Positions 48,507 to 58,480 of a DNA stretch of 62,914 nt are shown one piece after another. The notes under the pieces were generated by a model that made no database searches, had not been told where the DNA came from, and worked only from the letters and a program-made list of their open reading frames with translations. Made by a program: the position numbers and the translations under genes. Positions within the stretch are counted from its first letter, which is position 1. Each line of letters starts with the position of its first letter. Source of the stretch: Bacteroidales bacterium (lineage in GTDB: Bacteria > Bacteroidota > Bacteroidia > Bacteroidales > JAIPAH01); NCBI GenBank assembly GCA_021738485.1, contig JAIPBX010000004.1, positions 1 through 62,914 on the forward strand, read 5' to 3'.

Positions 48507-49241
48507 CTATTCCCATTTCCTGGTTTCCAGTGAAAACTTTGTGAGCAGGATGAAGAGCGCATCCACACTCAAAAAATACAACACATCTCTTGTATCAATC
48601 ACTCCGCGGCTCAAAGCGGCATAGTGCGTACTCATTCCCAGCTCTTTGATAAACAAATCTATAGGGCCAAACATGTCGAGTTCGTAGATCAACTCAAACC
48701 CGATGTAAAGAAAACCTGTGAGGACGACCGCTGATATAAATGAAACAATCTGGTTATCCGTAATAGAAGAAGTAAACATACCTGTAGACACAAAGGCCGA
48801 ACCAAGCAGCAACAGTCCGATATATGATCCCCACATTCCACCTTCGTCAATATTCCCTACAGGCATACCCATATAATACACCGTACCGTAATAAATTAAA
48901 GTGGGTACTAAAGCGAAAATGACCAGGATAAAACCAGCCAGGTATTTGGCCATGACAATTTCCAGATCGCTCAACGGGTTTGTAAGCAAAAATTCAATAG
49001 TGCCCCGGTTTTTTTCATCGGCAAAAAGACGCATCGTAATAGCCGGAATCAAAAACAAAAACACAAAAGGCCCGATCATAAACAAGCCATCAATATTGGA
49101 ATATCCGTAATCCAGAATATTAAAATTCGTCGGAAAAACGAAAAGAAATAATCCATTTATCAAGAGGAATACAATGATGGTAATGTATCCTATCAATGAA
49201 CTCAAAAAACTACTGATTTCTTTCTTAAGCAATGCTAACAT
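48507..49241 (-). CDS. gldF: Gliding motility-associated ABC permease GldF
   Basis: KKEISSFLSSLIGY, IPAITMRLFADE..RGTIE.LLT.P, TDNQIV, RGVIDTRD. Confidence 0.93.
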   Translation of the reverse strand: MLALLKKEISSFLSSLIGYITIIVFLLINGLFLFVFPTNFNILDYGYSNIDGLFMIGPFVFLFLIPAITMRLFADEKNRGTIEFLLTNPLSDLEIVMAKYLAGFILVIFALVPTLIYYGTVYYMGMPVGNIDEGGMWGSYIGLLLLGSAFVSTGMFTSSITDNQIVSFISAVVLTGFLYIGFELIYELDMFGPIDLFIKELGMSTHYAALSRGVIDTRDVLYFLSVDALFILLTKFSLETRKWE

Positions 49242-49313
49242 ATCCTCGGCCGCTTCATAAAAGGCATGCTAAAATAACTATTTTTTCAAGAATGAATAGG
49301 GGGTTAACAATTT

Positions 49314-50096
49314 TTATGAAAAGAAGTCAATGATAACAGGCGCATCCGGCTCCATGCCCAACAACTCCCTTGCTTTTCCCTTGTTTAAGGCAATTTCCAG
49401 GTATCCTTCCGAGCCAAAAACGGCAAGGATACTAGCTTCACTCACATCATTGTAAGTGTCCGAAACATGATTGACCGCATACTGCCCACCATAAAAATGT
49501 ATCTGAAAATCCCTTCCTTTCCTCACTTTTTGAAAAGTCTCAAAATCGAGATTGGTAATAAGATTATGATAACCGTCGACATGTATGACTTTCGCGGTAA
49601 TTCTGTTTTCATTAATCACAGGCTTAAACATTTGCAACTGTTTCAAATTCTCCATCTCCGGGCCGAGATTGGTAAGGGGTGTACCGCCGGCAATTTCAGC
49701 CGCAGCTTTACAAAAAATATCCCTTTCGGGGAAGGTAAAATAATTGCTCTCCTGGTATATATCCAGTTGGATAATCTGATCCGGTTTCTTCTCACTGATC
49801 AAAGAAAAAATCCCGTTATCGGCACCGATAAAATAATGTTTGTCAATTTTTACTACTACATGTGGATGTTCAAGCGTAGCATCGGCAGCCACGCCAATAA
49901 TATGAATTGTATTTTCGGGAAAATAAGGATAGCTGTTTCGTAATACAAAAGAGGCATGAACAATATCGTGCAATGCAATTTCATGGGTGATATCGATGAT
50001 ACCGGCTTCAGGTATCAGCCTGGCTAAAGTTCCTTTAACCGCTCCCACATAATGATCTCCATATCCCCAATCAGAAATTAAAGTAATAATTGACAT
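49314..50096 (-). CDS. SAM hydroxide adenosyltransferase/halogenase superfamily (DUF62) protein
   Basis: IITLISDWG..DHYVGAVKG, DITH, FIGADNG, VDGYHNLITN, GYLEIALN; start moved to 50096. Confidence 0.88.
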   Translation of the reverse strand: MSIITLISDWGYGDHYVGAVKGTLARLIPEAGIIDITHEIALHDIVHASFVLRNSYPYFPENTIHIIGVAADATLEHPHVVVKIDKHYFIGADNGIFSLISEKKPDQIIQLDIYQESNYFTFPERDIFCKAAAEIAGGTPLTNLGPEMENLKQLQMFKPVINENRITAKVIHVDGYHNLITNLDFETFQKVRKGRDFQIHFYGGQYAVNHVSDTYNDVSEASILAVFGSEGYLEIALNKGKARELLGMEPDAPVIIDFFS

Positions 50097-50220
50097 TTGC
50101 ACAGGCGGTTTATCTTCGCATTCTTTCAAAATTAAAAATAATCATGGTATTTTTAGTACAATGTTTTATAATTTTGTCACCGAACTTCAAATAACACAAT
50201 ATGGATTGAGGCAGAGACAT

Positions 50221-51177
50221 ATGGGAGAAAAAATTATAGAGTTAGAGAATATCAACCCGGTGGAGATCTTAGGCGTTAATGACAGGTATCTGAAAATAAT
50301 TAAAGAATATTTCCCTAAGCTTAAAATCATAGCAAGAGGTAACAGCCTCAAGGTCAACGGCACTGACGAAGAGATAGAACGATTCGAAGACAAAATCAAC
50401 ACCTTGCTGCTTAGTTTTGAGAAATTTGGACGCATCACCGAAAAGGATCTGAATCAAATCTTAACCTCCGACGATCAGGTTCATCTCCAGGAAAGTTCCG
50501 ACCATGATGTGTTGGTAAGAGGCAACAACGGGTTAAGGGTAAAAACCCGGACCCCCAATCAACATCGTATGGCCGAAAGCTCTGAAAAAAATGATCTTTT
50601 GTTCGCCATCGGACCGGCGGGTACGGGCAAGACCTACACGGCTGTGGCCCTTGCCGTGAGGGCTTTAAAAAACAGGGAGGTGAAGCGTATCATTTTAACA
50701 CGCCCGGCTGTGGAAGCGGGAGAAAACCTGGGTTTTTTGCCGGGAGATATGCGGGAAAAGCTAGACCCCTATCTGCAACCCCTTTATGATGCCTTAAGAG
50801 ACATGATCCATCCGCAAAAACTCCTGAGTTACCTTGAAGATGGCACCATAGAGGTGGCTCCGCTGGCTTTTATGCGGGGACGCACCCTCGACAATGCTTT
50901 CGTGATACTGGATGAGGCTCAGAATACAACTAAAAAACAGCTTAAAATGTTTCTTACCCGGATGGGGCAAGCAGCTAAGTTTATCGTTACCGGCGACATC
51001 ACTCAAATAGATCTCCCCGGAAATCAAAAATCGGGACTCATCCATGCCGTGCATATTCTCAAAGATATTAACGGCGTAGACTTTATTTACCTGGATGCCA
51101 GCGATATAATTCGTCACCGTTTGGTGTCTGACATCATCCGGGCATACAGTGATGAAAATGAAAAAAAATCAAACTAA
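50221..51177 (+). CDS. phoH: PhoH family ATPase
   Basis: [46 protein letters not shown]; promoter box TAATTTTG at 50169-50176. Confidence 0.93.
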   Translation: MGEKIIELENINPVEILGVNDRYLKIIKEYFPKLKIIARGNSLKVNGTDEEIERFEDKINTLLLSFEKFGRITEKDLNQILTSDDQVHLQESSDHDVLVRGNNGLRVKTRTPNQHRMAESSEKNDLLFAIGPAGTGKTYTAVALAVRALKNREVKRIILTRPAVEAGENLGFLPGDMREKLDPYLQPLYDALRDMIHPQKLLSYLEDGTIEVAPLAFMRGRTLDNAFVILDEAQNTTKKQLKMFLTRMGQAAKFIVTGDITQIDLPGNQKSGLIHAVHILKDINGVDFIYLDASDIIRHRLVSDIIRAYSDENEKKSN

Positions 51178-51184
51178 TAATAAA

Positions 51185-52141
51185 ATGATAAAAGAAGCTA
51201 TAGACTACACTGCATTCGATTTCCCGGGGCAAAAAAGCATATACCAGGGAAAAGTACGAGATGTTTACAATATTGATGATGAATTACTTGTAATGATTAC
51301 CACAGACCGGATTTCGGCGTTTGATGTTGTGCTGCCCCGCCCTATACCCTACAAGGGGCAGGTGCTTAACCAGATAGCCGAAACATTTCTGGATGCTACG
51401 GAAGATATTGTCCCCAACTGGAAGATTGCCACCCCTGATCCGATGGTCACCGTGGGAAGGTATTGCAAACCCTACCCGGTGGAAATGATTGTCAGGGGCT
51501 ATCTCACAGGAAGCTCATGGCGGGCGTATAAAAACGGGGCGCGCGACATTTCAGGGGTTCCTGTTCCCGATGGAATGAGGGAACATGAAAAATTTCCCCA
51601 ACCTCTTGTCACACCCACCACCAAAGCCGAAACCGGGCATGACGAATACATCACCCGGGAAGAAATTATTAGCCAAGGGCTCGTATCAGAAGAAGAGTAC
51701 CAAAAGCTTGAGGAGTATGCCCTGGCGCTTTTCGAAAGAGGCTCAAAAATGGCTGCCGAGAAAGGCCTGATACTGGTAGACACCAAATATGAATTTGGTA
51801 AAAGAAACGGAAAAATTTTCCTGATCGATGAAGTACATACACCCGACTCTTCCAGGTATTTTTACAGGGATGGCTATGAAGAACGTTTTCAAAAAGGCCT
51901 TCCCCAGCGACAACTTTCAAAAGAATTTGTAAGGGAGTGGCTTATGGAACGCGGATTTCAAGGCGAAGAGGGGCAGGAGATGCCTCAGCTCACTGATGAG
52001 TTTGTAAATTCGGTTTCTCAGAGATACATCGAATTGTATGAGTCGATTACCGGCTATAAATTTGAAAAAGCCGATGTGTCGAACGTCATGTTGCGAGTTG
52101 AAAACAATATCATGAATTTTTTACAAGCTTATAGACGATAA
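51185..52141 (+). CDS. purC: Phosphoribosylaminoimidazole-succinocarboxamide synthase
   Basis: [47 protein letters not shown]. Confidence 0.96.
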   Translation: MIKEAIDYTAFDFPGQKSIYQGKVRDVYNIDDELLVMITTDRISAFDVVLPRPIPYKGQVLNQIAETFLDATEDIVPNWKIATPDPMVTVGRYCKPYPVEMIVRGYLTGSSWRAYKNGARDISGVPVPDGMREHEKFPQPLVTPTTKAETGHDEYITREEIISQGLVSEEEYQKLEEYALALFERGSKMAAEKGLILVDTKYEFGKRNGKIFLIDEVHTPDSSRYFYRDGYEERFQKGLPQRQLSKEFVREWLMERGFQGEEGQEMPQLTDEFVNSVSQRYIELYESITGYKFEKADVSNVMLRVENNIMNFLQAYRR

Positions 52142-52167
52142 ATACAAGAAAAAACGTCTGATTTATT

Positions 52168-53079
52168 TCAGGCATCTTCCTCTTCTTCATTTTCATCTTC
52201 CGGATCAAGATTCAGGGCATTTTTCAGGTACTCCAGCTCCCGGACTTCCTCCTGTTTATCTCTGTTTTCATAACCCATTTGTATATCCTCGATTAAGCGT
52301 TTGAGAATTTCAGGGTTGGTGGAGGGATAGAAAAACGCCCGGTTCATATCATGCTCCGATTGCCTCAAATAACGAACAATCTCCCGCCTGGTGAATATCG
52401 TTCCGCGGTAAACCGGGTTAATATAAAACTTTACTTCGCTGTTACGGGCTGCTTCCCCTGGAAAATCGGCGTCCATGTATGCCAGGATAAAATGCCGGGG
52501 AAGGGTAATCCCGTAAACGGGAATTCCAAGCGACTGCGCCAGGGCCATATAAAGCACACCCAGTGATAAAGCCGATCCTCGCTGCTTGTGGAAAAGATGA
52601 TCCACAAAATAACTCTTGATAAAATATTCAGGGCTTGTATTCCCTTTAAAGCGATGAACCTCATACAGGATATGATTTAAAACCCTAATCTTTTGCAAAG
52701 GGGTGAGCTGATCATGCAGCTCAAAGATCACATCTCTCCTGATGTGGTCAAATTCTTTATCGATCGTTTCTTTTTTCAGGTCTTTGAAAATATAACGATT
52801 GATAATCATATACCCCTCCCATATATCTTTATTCCCAAAGTTCGCCCATATGGTGAGTTGCTGATAGAGCTCTTCAAGCTGCAATTTATGAATGATATTC
52901 AGCAACCGGTTTTGTCGTAACTGGCTGTCACTTTTTCCCCATTCATCCTCCAGGTATGGAACGATCTCCGGTCCAAAAGAAACCATTTGCTGCCTGACTT
53001 GCACATAAACCTTTTCATCAGGCTCATCAAGCAAATCAATCAATGCCTTAATCTGGTTATGGCTTTGTTTTTCACTCAC
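52168..53079 (-). CDS. Transglutaminase-like (SirB1/Transglut_core2) protein
   Basis: ALIDLLDEPD N-terminus, FKGN, SLGVLY...AQSLGIPVYGITLPRHFIL, FYINP. Confidence 0.8.
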   Translation of the reverse strand: MSEKQSHNQIKALIDLLDEPDEKVYVQVRQQMVSFGPEIVPYLEDEWGKSDSQLRQNRLLNIIHKLQLEELYQQLTIWANFGNKDIWEGYMIINRYIFKDLKKETIDKEFDHIRRDVIFELHDQLTPLQKIRVLNHILYEVHRFKGNTSPEYFIKSYFVDHLFHKQRGSALSLGVLYMALAQSLGIPVYGITLPRHFILAYMDADFPGEAARNSEVKFYINPVYRGTIFTRREIVRYLRQSEHDMNRAFFYPSTNPEILKRLIEDIQMGYENRDKQEEVRELEYLKNALNLDPEDENEEEEDA

Positions 53080-53114
53080 AACTTTTCCTTTTTGGAGTAC
53101 TTAACAAATGACTC

Positions 53115-53981
53115 TTAAAATTGTGCAAGTTTTGGCAAAAGAATACGGATCAACCGGTTGACGGTATCCTGATGTCTGTGACTATATTCTCCGCGGATAC
53201 GATTAGCGATAACGGCGCATATCGTCAGCGTTTTATGACCTAAAGATCTTCCCAATCCGTAGAGGGCTGAGGTCTCCATTTCGAAGTTGACGACTTTCTT
53301 TCCCTGAAACTCAAAGCGCTGCAATCTCTCATTTAAATCGGGATATGCCAGGGGCATGCGCAGCACCCTGCCCTGTGGGCCATAAAAGCCCGGTGCCGTA
53401 GCCGTAATCCCATGGCTAAACCCTTCTTCAAAAAGCTTCAACAGTTCCGGCGAAGCCTTAATAATGTTAGGATAAGCAAGACGCTCAGGCCATTGGGTTT
53501 GGCGGATAAGCTCCCGCTCCAGCTCTTCTTCATTAATTGCAGGAGCGTTATAAAAATTCATAAGTCCATCGAGGCCGAGACCATATTCTGAGGCTACAAA
53601 AGTATCTACCGCTATCTCTTGCTGCATAGCCCCCGAAGTGCCCAACCGTACCAGGTTCAAAGACTGCTTTTCGGCTTTTTCCTGCCTGGTATTAAAATCG
53701 ATATTCACCAAAGCATCCAGTTCATTGATGACAATATCCAGGTTATCGGTCCCCATTCCTGTGGACATTACAGATAGTTTTTTTCCGGCATAGGTGCCTG
53801 TGTGGGTAATTATCTCCCGGTTATGCTTTTGGTAATCTACTTTATCAAAAAAAGAAGAGATGGTTCCGACACGTCCCGGATCCCCTACAAGGATAATTGT
53901 ATCGGCAATCATTTCCGGTGTAAGACCAAGGTGATAAATGCTTCCATCGCTATTGAGTATCAATTCTGATTCTGCTATCAT
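53115..53981 (-). CDS. Nucleoside (uridine) phosphorylase
   Basis: GSIYHL, VGDPGRV, STGMGTDN, RLGTSG, GFYGPQGR, NFEMET. Confidence 0.92.
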   Translation of the reverse strand: MIAESELILNSDGSIYHLGLTPEMIADTIILVGDPGRVGTISSFFDKVDYQKHNREIITHTGTYAGKKLSVMSTGMGTDNLDIVINELDALVNIDFNTRQEKAEKQSLNLVRLGTSGAMQQEIAVDTFVASEYGLGLDGLMNFYNAPAINEEELERELIRQTQWPERLAYPNIIKASPELLKLFEEGFSHGITATAPGFYGPQGRVLRMPLAYPDLNERLQRFEFQGKKVVNFEMETSALYGLGRSLGHKTLTICAVIANRIRGEYSHRHQDTVNRLIRILLPKLAQF

Positions 53982-54007
53982 AAGAAATTGTTTTTATTAA
54001 TAGTTGC

Positions 54008-54061
54008 CAAAAATAGCCATTCCAAGACAAACAAAAAAAACTATAAGATTGCTTAATTTTG
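54008..54061. promoter_or_regulatory. Divergent -7 boxes for the phosphorylase (TATTTTTG, minus, 54008-54015) and cinA (TAATTTTG, plus, 54054-54061)
   Basis: Two exact TAnnTTTG boxes, each about 15-25 bp before its start. Confidence 0.5.
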
Positions 54062-54077
54062 TTGGAAACAAGGGGCT

Positions 54078-55334
54078 ATGGTAAACAGCAAAGTTAAAAC
54101 AGAAATTATTAATATCGGTGATGAAATTTTAATTGGCCAGATAGTAAATACTAATGCGGCATGGATGGCTGATCAACTCAATCTGAATGGATTCAGCGTA
54201 GTACATATGGCTACCATTGCCGATACCAAAGAAGCGATTATCCAAGCGTTGAGGCAAGCTTCCGTAAGGGCTGATGTGGTATTGTTAACCGGTGGATTAG
54301 GACCTACGAAGGATGACATCACAAAGCAAACCCTGGCGGAATATTTCGGCACTAACCTCATAACCCATAAGAAAATCCTGCAGGAAGTAAAAGACTTTTT
54401 TGCCTCGCGGGGCCAATCGCTAACCCCGACAAACCGCCGCCAGGCTGATATTCCTGCCAATTGCATACCCTTGTCCAATCCTTATGGAACAGCTCCGGGA
54501 ATGTGGTTTGAAGAGCGGGGAAAAATTTACGCCTCCATGCCGGGTGTCCCTATCGAAATGAAAAATCTCTTAAGCCGGGAAATTATTCCACGCTTACGCG
54601 AAAAATATCAAACGGAGCATCTCGTCCACCAAACTATTATGACACATGGGCTGGGCGAATCCCATCTTTCGGATAATATCAGGGAATGGGAAGAGCAACT
54701 TCCGAATCACATCAAACTGGCTTACCTGCCAAGGCCGGGAATAGTAAGACTCCGGCTTTCGGCCGTGGGGAATGACAAAACAAAACTAAAGCAGGAGATC
54801 AACCAGGCAATTCATGACCTCCAGGCTTATATTCCCGATTTAATATATGGGTATGATGATATTACCCTTGAGGAAGTGACAGGCCAGCTATTGAGCCGGC
54901 AGAAAAAAACGGTGGCCACTGCCGAAAGCTGCACAGGAGGAGCCATAGCAGCACGTATTACCAGAATCCCCGGAAGCTCGGCTTACTTTCGGGGGAGTGT
55001 GGTCGCTTATGCCAACGATGTTAAAGAAAAACAGCTCGGCGTTCCACCTTCGTCCCTTAAGAATCATGGAGCCGTTAGCCAGCCGGTAGTGGAAGCAATG
55101 GCCGAAGGGGTGCGAAACAGGTTTAAAACAGATTATGCCTTAGCGACTTCTGGGATAGCTGGGCCCGAAGGAGGCACTAAAGAAAAACCCGTGGGGATGG
55201 TATGGATAGCCGTATCTTCCGGCGCACAAACAGTGGCTCGCGAATTTCATTTTGGGAATAATAGGGAACGTAACACCGAACTTTCAGTGCTCAGCGCTCT
55301 GAATATGCTTAGAAAAGAATTGATCGGAGATTAA
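54078..55334 (+). CDS. cinA: Competence/damage-inducible protein A (MCD + PncC NMN deamidase)
   Basis: IGDEILIGQIVNTN, GGLGPTKDD, GTAPG, PGVP, AESCTGG, HGAVS, SGIAGP.GG..KPVG. Confidence 0.93.
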   Translation: MVNSKVKTEIINIGDEILIGQIVNTNAAWMADQLNLNGFSVVHMATIADTKEAIIQALRQASVRADVVLLTGGLGPTKDDITKQTLAEYFGTNLITHKKILQEVKDFFASRGQSLTPTNRRQADIPANCIPLSNPYGTAPGMWFEERGKIYASMPGVPIEMKNLLSREIIPRLREKYQTEHLVHQTIMTHGLGESHLSDNIREWEEQLPNHIKLAYLPRPGIVRLRLSAVGNDKTKLKQEINQAIHDLQAYIPDLIYGYDDITLEEVTGQLLSRQKKTVATAESCTGGAIAARITRIPGSSAYFRGSVVAYANDVKEKQLGVPPSSLKNHGAVSQPVVEAMAEGVRNRFKTDYALATSGIAGPEGGTKEKPVGMVWIAVSSGAQTVAREFHFGNNRERNTELSVLSALNMLRKELIGD

Positions 55335-57853
55335 ATCTCGATATTTAATTTCAGATTAATTCTCCTGGGCGTAAGATAGTTGGGCACAGCCAGCCGCCGG
55401 TTATTCACGTCGGTTACCCAGAAATAGGATATGGTATTTTTAAGATCCAGCAAGTTAAATACTTCAAGACTAACCCACATTGATTTGAAATTATTCAGGA
55501 AATTTCCGGCGGGCAAATCGGTCTGTTGACCCACGATTTGTTTTGAGAAGCCGATATCCACGCGCCGGTAGGATGGGAGGCGTATGTCATTTTTATAATC
55601 TTTTGTTCCGGGGATATTAACCGGCAGGCCTGTACCATAGAGCAGCCGCAGGTTCATTTTGTAGGTGGGATTCTTGGGCAGATAATCCTGGAAAAACATG
55701 CTGAAATTCACCCGCTGATCGGTAGGGCGGGGCCGGTATCCAATAGACTTCTGCTCTGTATAAGTCACTTCCTGGTCCTGGGTAGCTCCGGTAATTTCTT
55801 CTCCTGCCTCGTTGTACTTCACCGTATAAAAATCATTTTCAAGATTCTCACGGGTTTGCATCACCGAAAGACTGGCCCACGACTCCACCCCTTCGACAAA
55901 CTCGCCGTTGACTTTCAAATCAATCCCCGTGGAATACCCGCGGGACTGCCGATCGGCATAATACCGAATTCTAACGTTGTCAATCTCGTAAGGTATCAGA
56001 TTTTCAAGATGTTTGTAAAACACTTCCGATACAAATTTGAAAGGCCGTCCAAAGGCTCTGAAATTCCAGTCGCTGCCCAGTACAAAGTGGATGGATTTTT
56101 GAGAACGAATATCATGGTTGAGATCTCCCCGGATATTCCGCATCTCTTTATAAAACGGGGGCTGATAGTAATATCCCGTTGAAAAGCGAAACAAAACATC
56201 GTTTTGCCACATCGGTTTATAAGAAAACGTGGCCCTGGGCGACAATAAAAACTCATTATTAAAATCCCAGTAGCTTGCCCTCAACCCTGCTGTTAAAGAC
56301 ATCCTGGCACTATCCGAAGGGATATTCCATGTATCCTGAAAATAGCCATTGAAACGATTGGAGGTAACACTGTTGTCGGCTGTCAGCACCCGTTGCATCT
56401 CCAGCGGATGCTGGGATATATTCTCTCCTCCGATGTTGTAGGATGGGTAAGGGAGGGTATATCCTGCAGAATCGAGCAATGACCATTCCTTCATCTCATC
56501 GTTTACCGTTTCCTGCTGATAGTGAACACCCCACTCCATCTGATGTTTCGGTGTGCGAAAAGAGCCTTTGTGCTCTGCCGAAAAAACATCCACATCCAAA
56601 TAATTCCTGGCATGATTTAAATATCTTCCAACGCCCTCCTTTTCTATCACTTCCCCGAATTCCTCTTGTCCTAAGCCTGTTCCCAGCTTCCCGATCCAAT
56701 ATTCTCCCTCCACATCGTAATTGACATTTTCATTGGAATGATAGGCCGAGGTGATAAATTTCAGTTTCATCCCTTCAAAGGGCTTATAGCTGGCCGTTAC
56801 TCCCCCCATATAATTCAGGAAACGATCTTCTTCTTTTCCATCAAAAAATATTTGAAGGCGCAAAGCTCGTCTGAAAGTTCCAAAATCCGTAGTACGATTT
56901 TCAGGAATAAAACGGTAAATATTCCTGGAAACATTCCCCAGGAAAGAAAAATCCCACTGCTCATTAAGATCATAGCGTAACATGCCCTGCACATCCGTAA
57001 AAGAAGGTTGATACTGTCCTTCCGTTTGTAAAGTGTTCAGGATATATTGATTGGATTTTTGCCTGATCCCCAATAAATAAGAAAGGTTTTTAGTATCATT
57101 AATTCCTTCCACATGGAAAGAACCGCCCAGTAAGCTCATATCTGCCGAAGCCCCGAATTCCGTAGGATTCTTGTATGTAATATCCAAAACCGAGGACATT
57201 TTATCACCATATTTCGCATCAAATCCTCCTGCGGAAAAAAGTATCGAGGAAACCAAATCGCTGTTCAAAAAGCTTAATCCCTCCTGACGCCCTGAGCGCA
57301 CAAGAAAAGGCCTGTAAATGCGGATGTCATTCACGTAAATCAGGTTTTCGTCATAATTCCCTCCGCGTACCGAATACTGATTACTCAACTCATTTTGGGA
57401 GCTTACGCCGGGCATCGTTTTTACCAGTGATTCTACGGAGCTGTTCATGGTGGGAATCCTTTTCGTGGATTTCGGATCAATGGCACTGATCGTACTGCGG
57501 CGTGTACGTTTATCTTCTATCACCATCTCAGGAAGCAACGTTGAAGAAAGTTCCAGGGTAACATTGAGCTCTTTCTTTTCCCCGGGTTCTAAATCCAGTT
57601 TAATTCTTTTATTCTGATAACCGACAAAAGTAAAATTCAATTCCAGGTTATCCTTTGCCGGTAATTCTATGGAATAATACCCCTGCTTATCCGTAACTGC
57701 CCCTTCCGCGGAACCTGTCAGAGCAACATTCACTAACTCAATGGGTGTGCCGTCACGGCCTGTAACTCTTCCGGAAACCTCTGCTGTTTCCTGTTGGGAG
57801 AGCCCCAAAAAGGGAATCAAAACAAAAAAATAAGCTATGATATGCTGCTTCAT
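55331..57853 (-). CDS. TonB-dependent receptor
   Basis: Signal peptide, CarboxypepD-like N-domain, plug YSVRGGNYDEN, AGGFDAKYGDKMSSVLDI, FNLLD..N, terminal beta-strand. Confidence 0.9.
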   Translation of the reverse strand: MKQHIIAYFFVLIPFLGLSQQETAEVSGRVTGRDGTPIELVNVALTGSAEGAVTDKQGYYSIELPAKDNLELNFTFVGYQNKRIKLDLEPGEKKELNVTLELSSTLLPEMVIEDKRTRRSTISAIDPKSTKRIPTMNSSVESLVKTMPGVSSQNELSNQYSVRGGNYDENLIYVNDIRIYRPFLVRSGRQEGLSFLNSDLVSSILFSAGGFDAKYGDKMSSVLDITYKNPTEFGASADMSLLGGSFHVEGINDTKNLSYLLGIRQKSNQYILNTLQTEGQYQPSFTDVQGMLRYDLNEQWDFSFLGNVSRNIYRFIPENRTTDFGTFRRALRLQIFFDGKEEDRFLNYMGGVTASYKPFEGMKLKFITSAYHSNENVNYDVEGEYWIGKLGTGLGQEEFGEVIEKEGVGRYLNHARNYLDVDVFSAEHKGSFRTPKHQMEWGVHYQQETVNDEMKEWSLLDSAGYTLPYPSYNIGGENISQHPLEMQRVLTADNSVTSNRFNGYFQDTWNIPSDSARMSLTAGLRASYWDFNNEFLLSPRATFSYKPMWQNDVLFRFSTGYYYQPPFYKEMRNIRGDLNHDIRSQKSIHFVLGSDWNFRAFGRPFKFVSEVFYKHLENLIPYEIDNVRIRYYADRQSRGYSTGIDLKVNGEFVEGVESWASLSVMQTRENLENDFYTVKYNEAGEEITGATQDQEVTYTEQKSIGYRPRPTDQRVNFSMFFQDYLPKNPTYKMNLRLLYGTGLPVNIPGTKDYKNDIRLPSYRRVDIGFSKQIVGQQTDLPAGNFLNNFKSMWVSLEVFNLLDLKNTISYFWVTDVNNRRLAVPNYLTPRRINLKLNIEI

Positions 57854-58012
57854 GAATAATACTTTCTCTGCCTCATTGGAATTTGTTCCGGTTCAAATCC
57901 TTTCCGTTTTTCCTGAATTACTCCTTCTCTTGTTTTTTTATTGAGAAGTGTATATTGTCGAAGGGGTAACGCATTTATCGGAACTTTATTTTGATTTAAA
58001 CCGGCCCCTAAT

Positions 58013-58050
58013 AAAAAATGCTGTTACCTTTTTGGTTAAGCAACAGCATT
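58013..58050 (-). terminator. Intrinsic terminator after rpmB
   Basis: Minus strand AATGCTGTTG...TAACAGCATTTTTT. Confidence 0.7.
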
Positions 58051-58072
58051 CAATGAGTTTTTTGTAAAGATT

Positions 58073-58312
58073 TTACTCAATCACAAATCCCTTTTTGCGG
58101 GCATCCTTTAAAACAGCGTAAATTCCTTTTTTATTGATTGTTCTCATCGCCTGGGTAGTGAGTCTAAGTGTTACCCAACGATTTTCCTCCGGTACAAAGA
58201 AACGACGCTTCTGCAGATTCGGATGAAATCTTCTTTTCGTCTTATGATTTGAGTGAGAAACGTGGTTTCCTGTTATTACTTTCTTCCCTGTTATTTGACA
58301 AACTTTCGACAT
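58073..58312 (-). CDS. rpmB: 50S ribosomal protein L28
   Basis: [11 protein letters not shown]...[20 protein letters not shown]. Confidence 0.97.
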   Translation of the reverse strand: MSKVCQITGKKVITGNHVSHSNHKTKRRFHPNLQKRRFFVPEENRWVTLRLTTQAMRTINKKGIYAVLKDARKKGFVIE

Positions 58313-58480
58313 CGCTATAGTATTTTCTGATTACTACTTCAAAATGGACTGCAAAGAAAACTAAAATTTTCCGATTAAACAATAACCAAATTATCTTTCT
58401 TTGAATATTTTCATCCGAAAATCCCCTTGCTTTCTTACCCCGAATTTTTGCATCTTTGTAGGGAATATACCTATATCGTT

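Noticed and set aside
49314-50096. Fluorinase/chlorinase of a halometabolite cluster
   Set aside because: Housekeeping context (phoH, gldF), no biosynthetic neighbours, and the halogenase active-site loop is not matched.
52168-53079. Transglutaminase-like gene as partner of the proteasome-like protein (Anbu-type operon)
   Set aside because: It is about 8 kb away among housekeeping genes, is of the common SirB1 type without an evident catalytic Cys, and no alpha-E or peptide-ligase genes are present.
57886-57906. tRNA suggested by GGTTCAAATCC
   Set aside because: The T-stem pairs for only 2 bp, and no acceptor, D or anticodon arm can be built.
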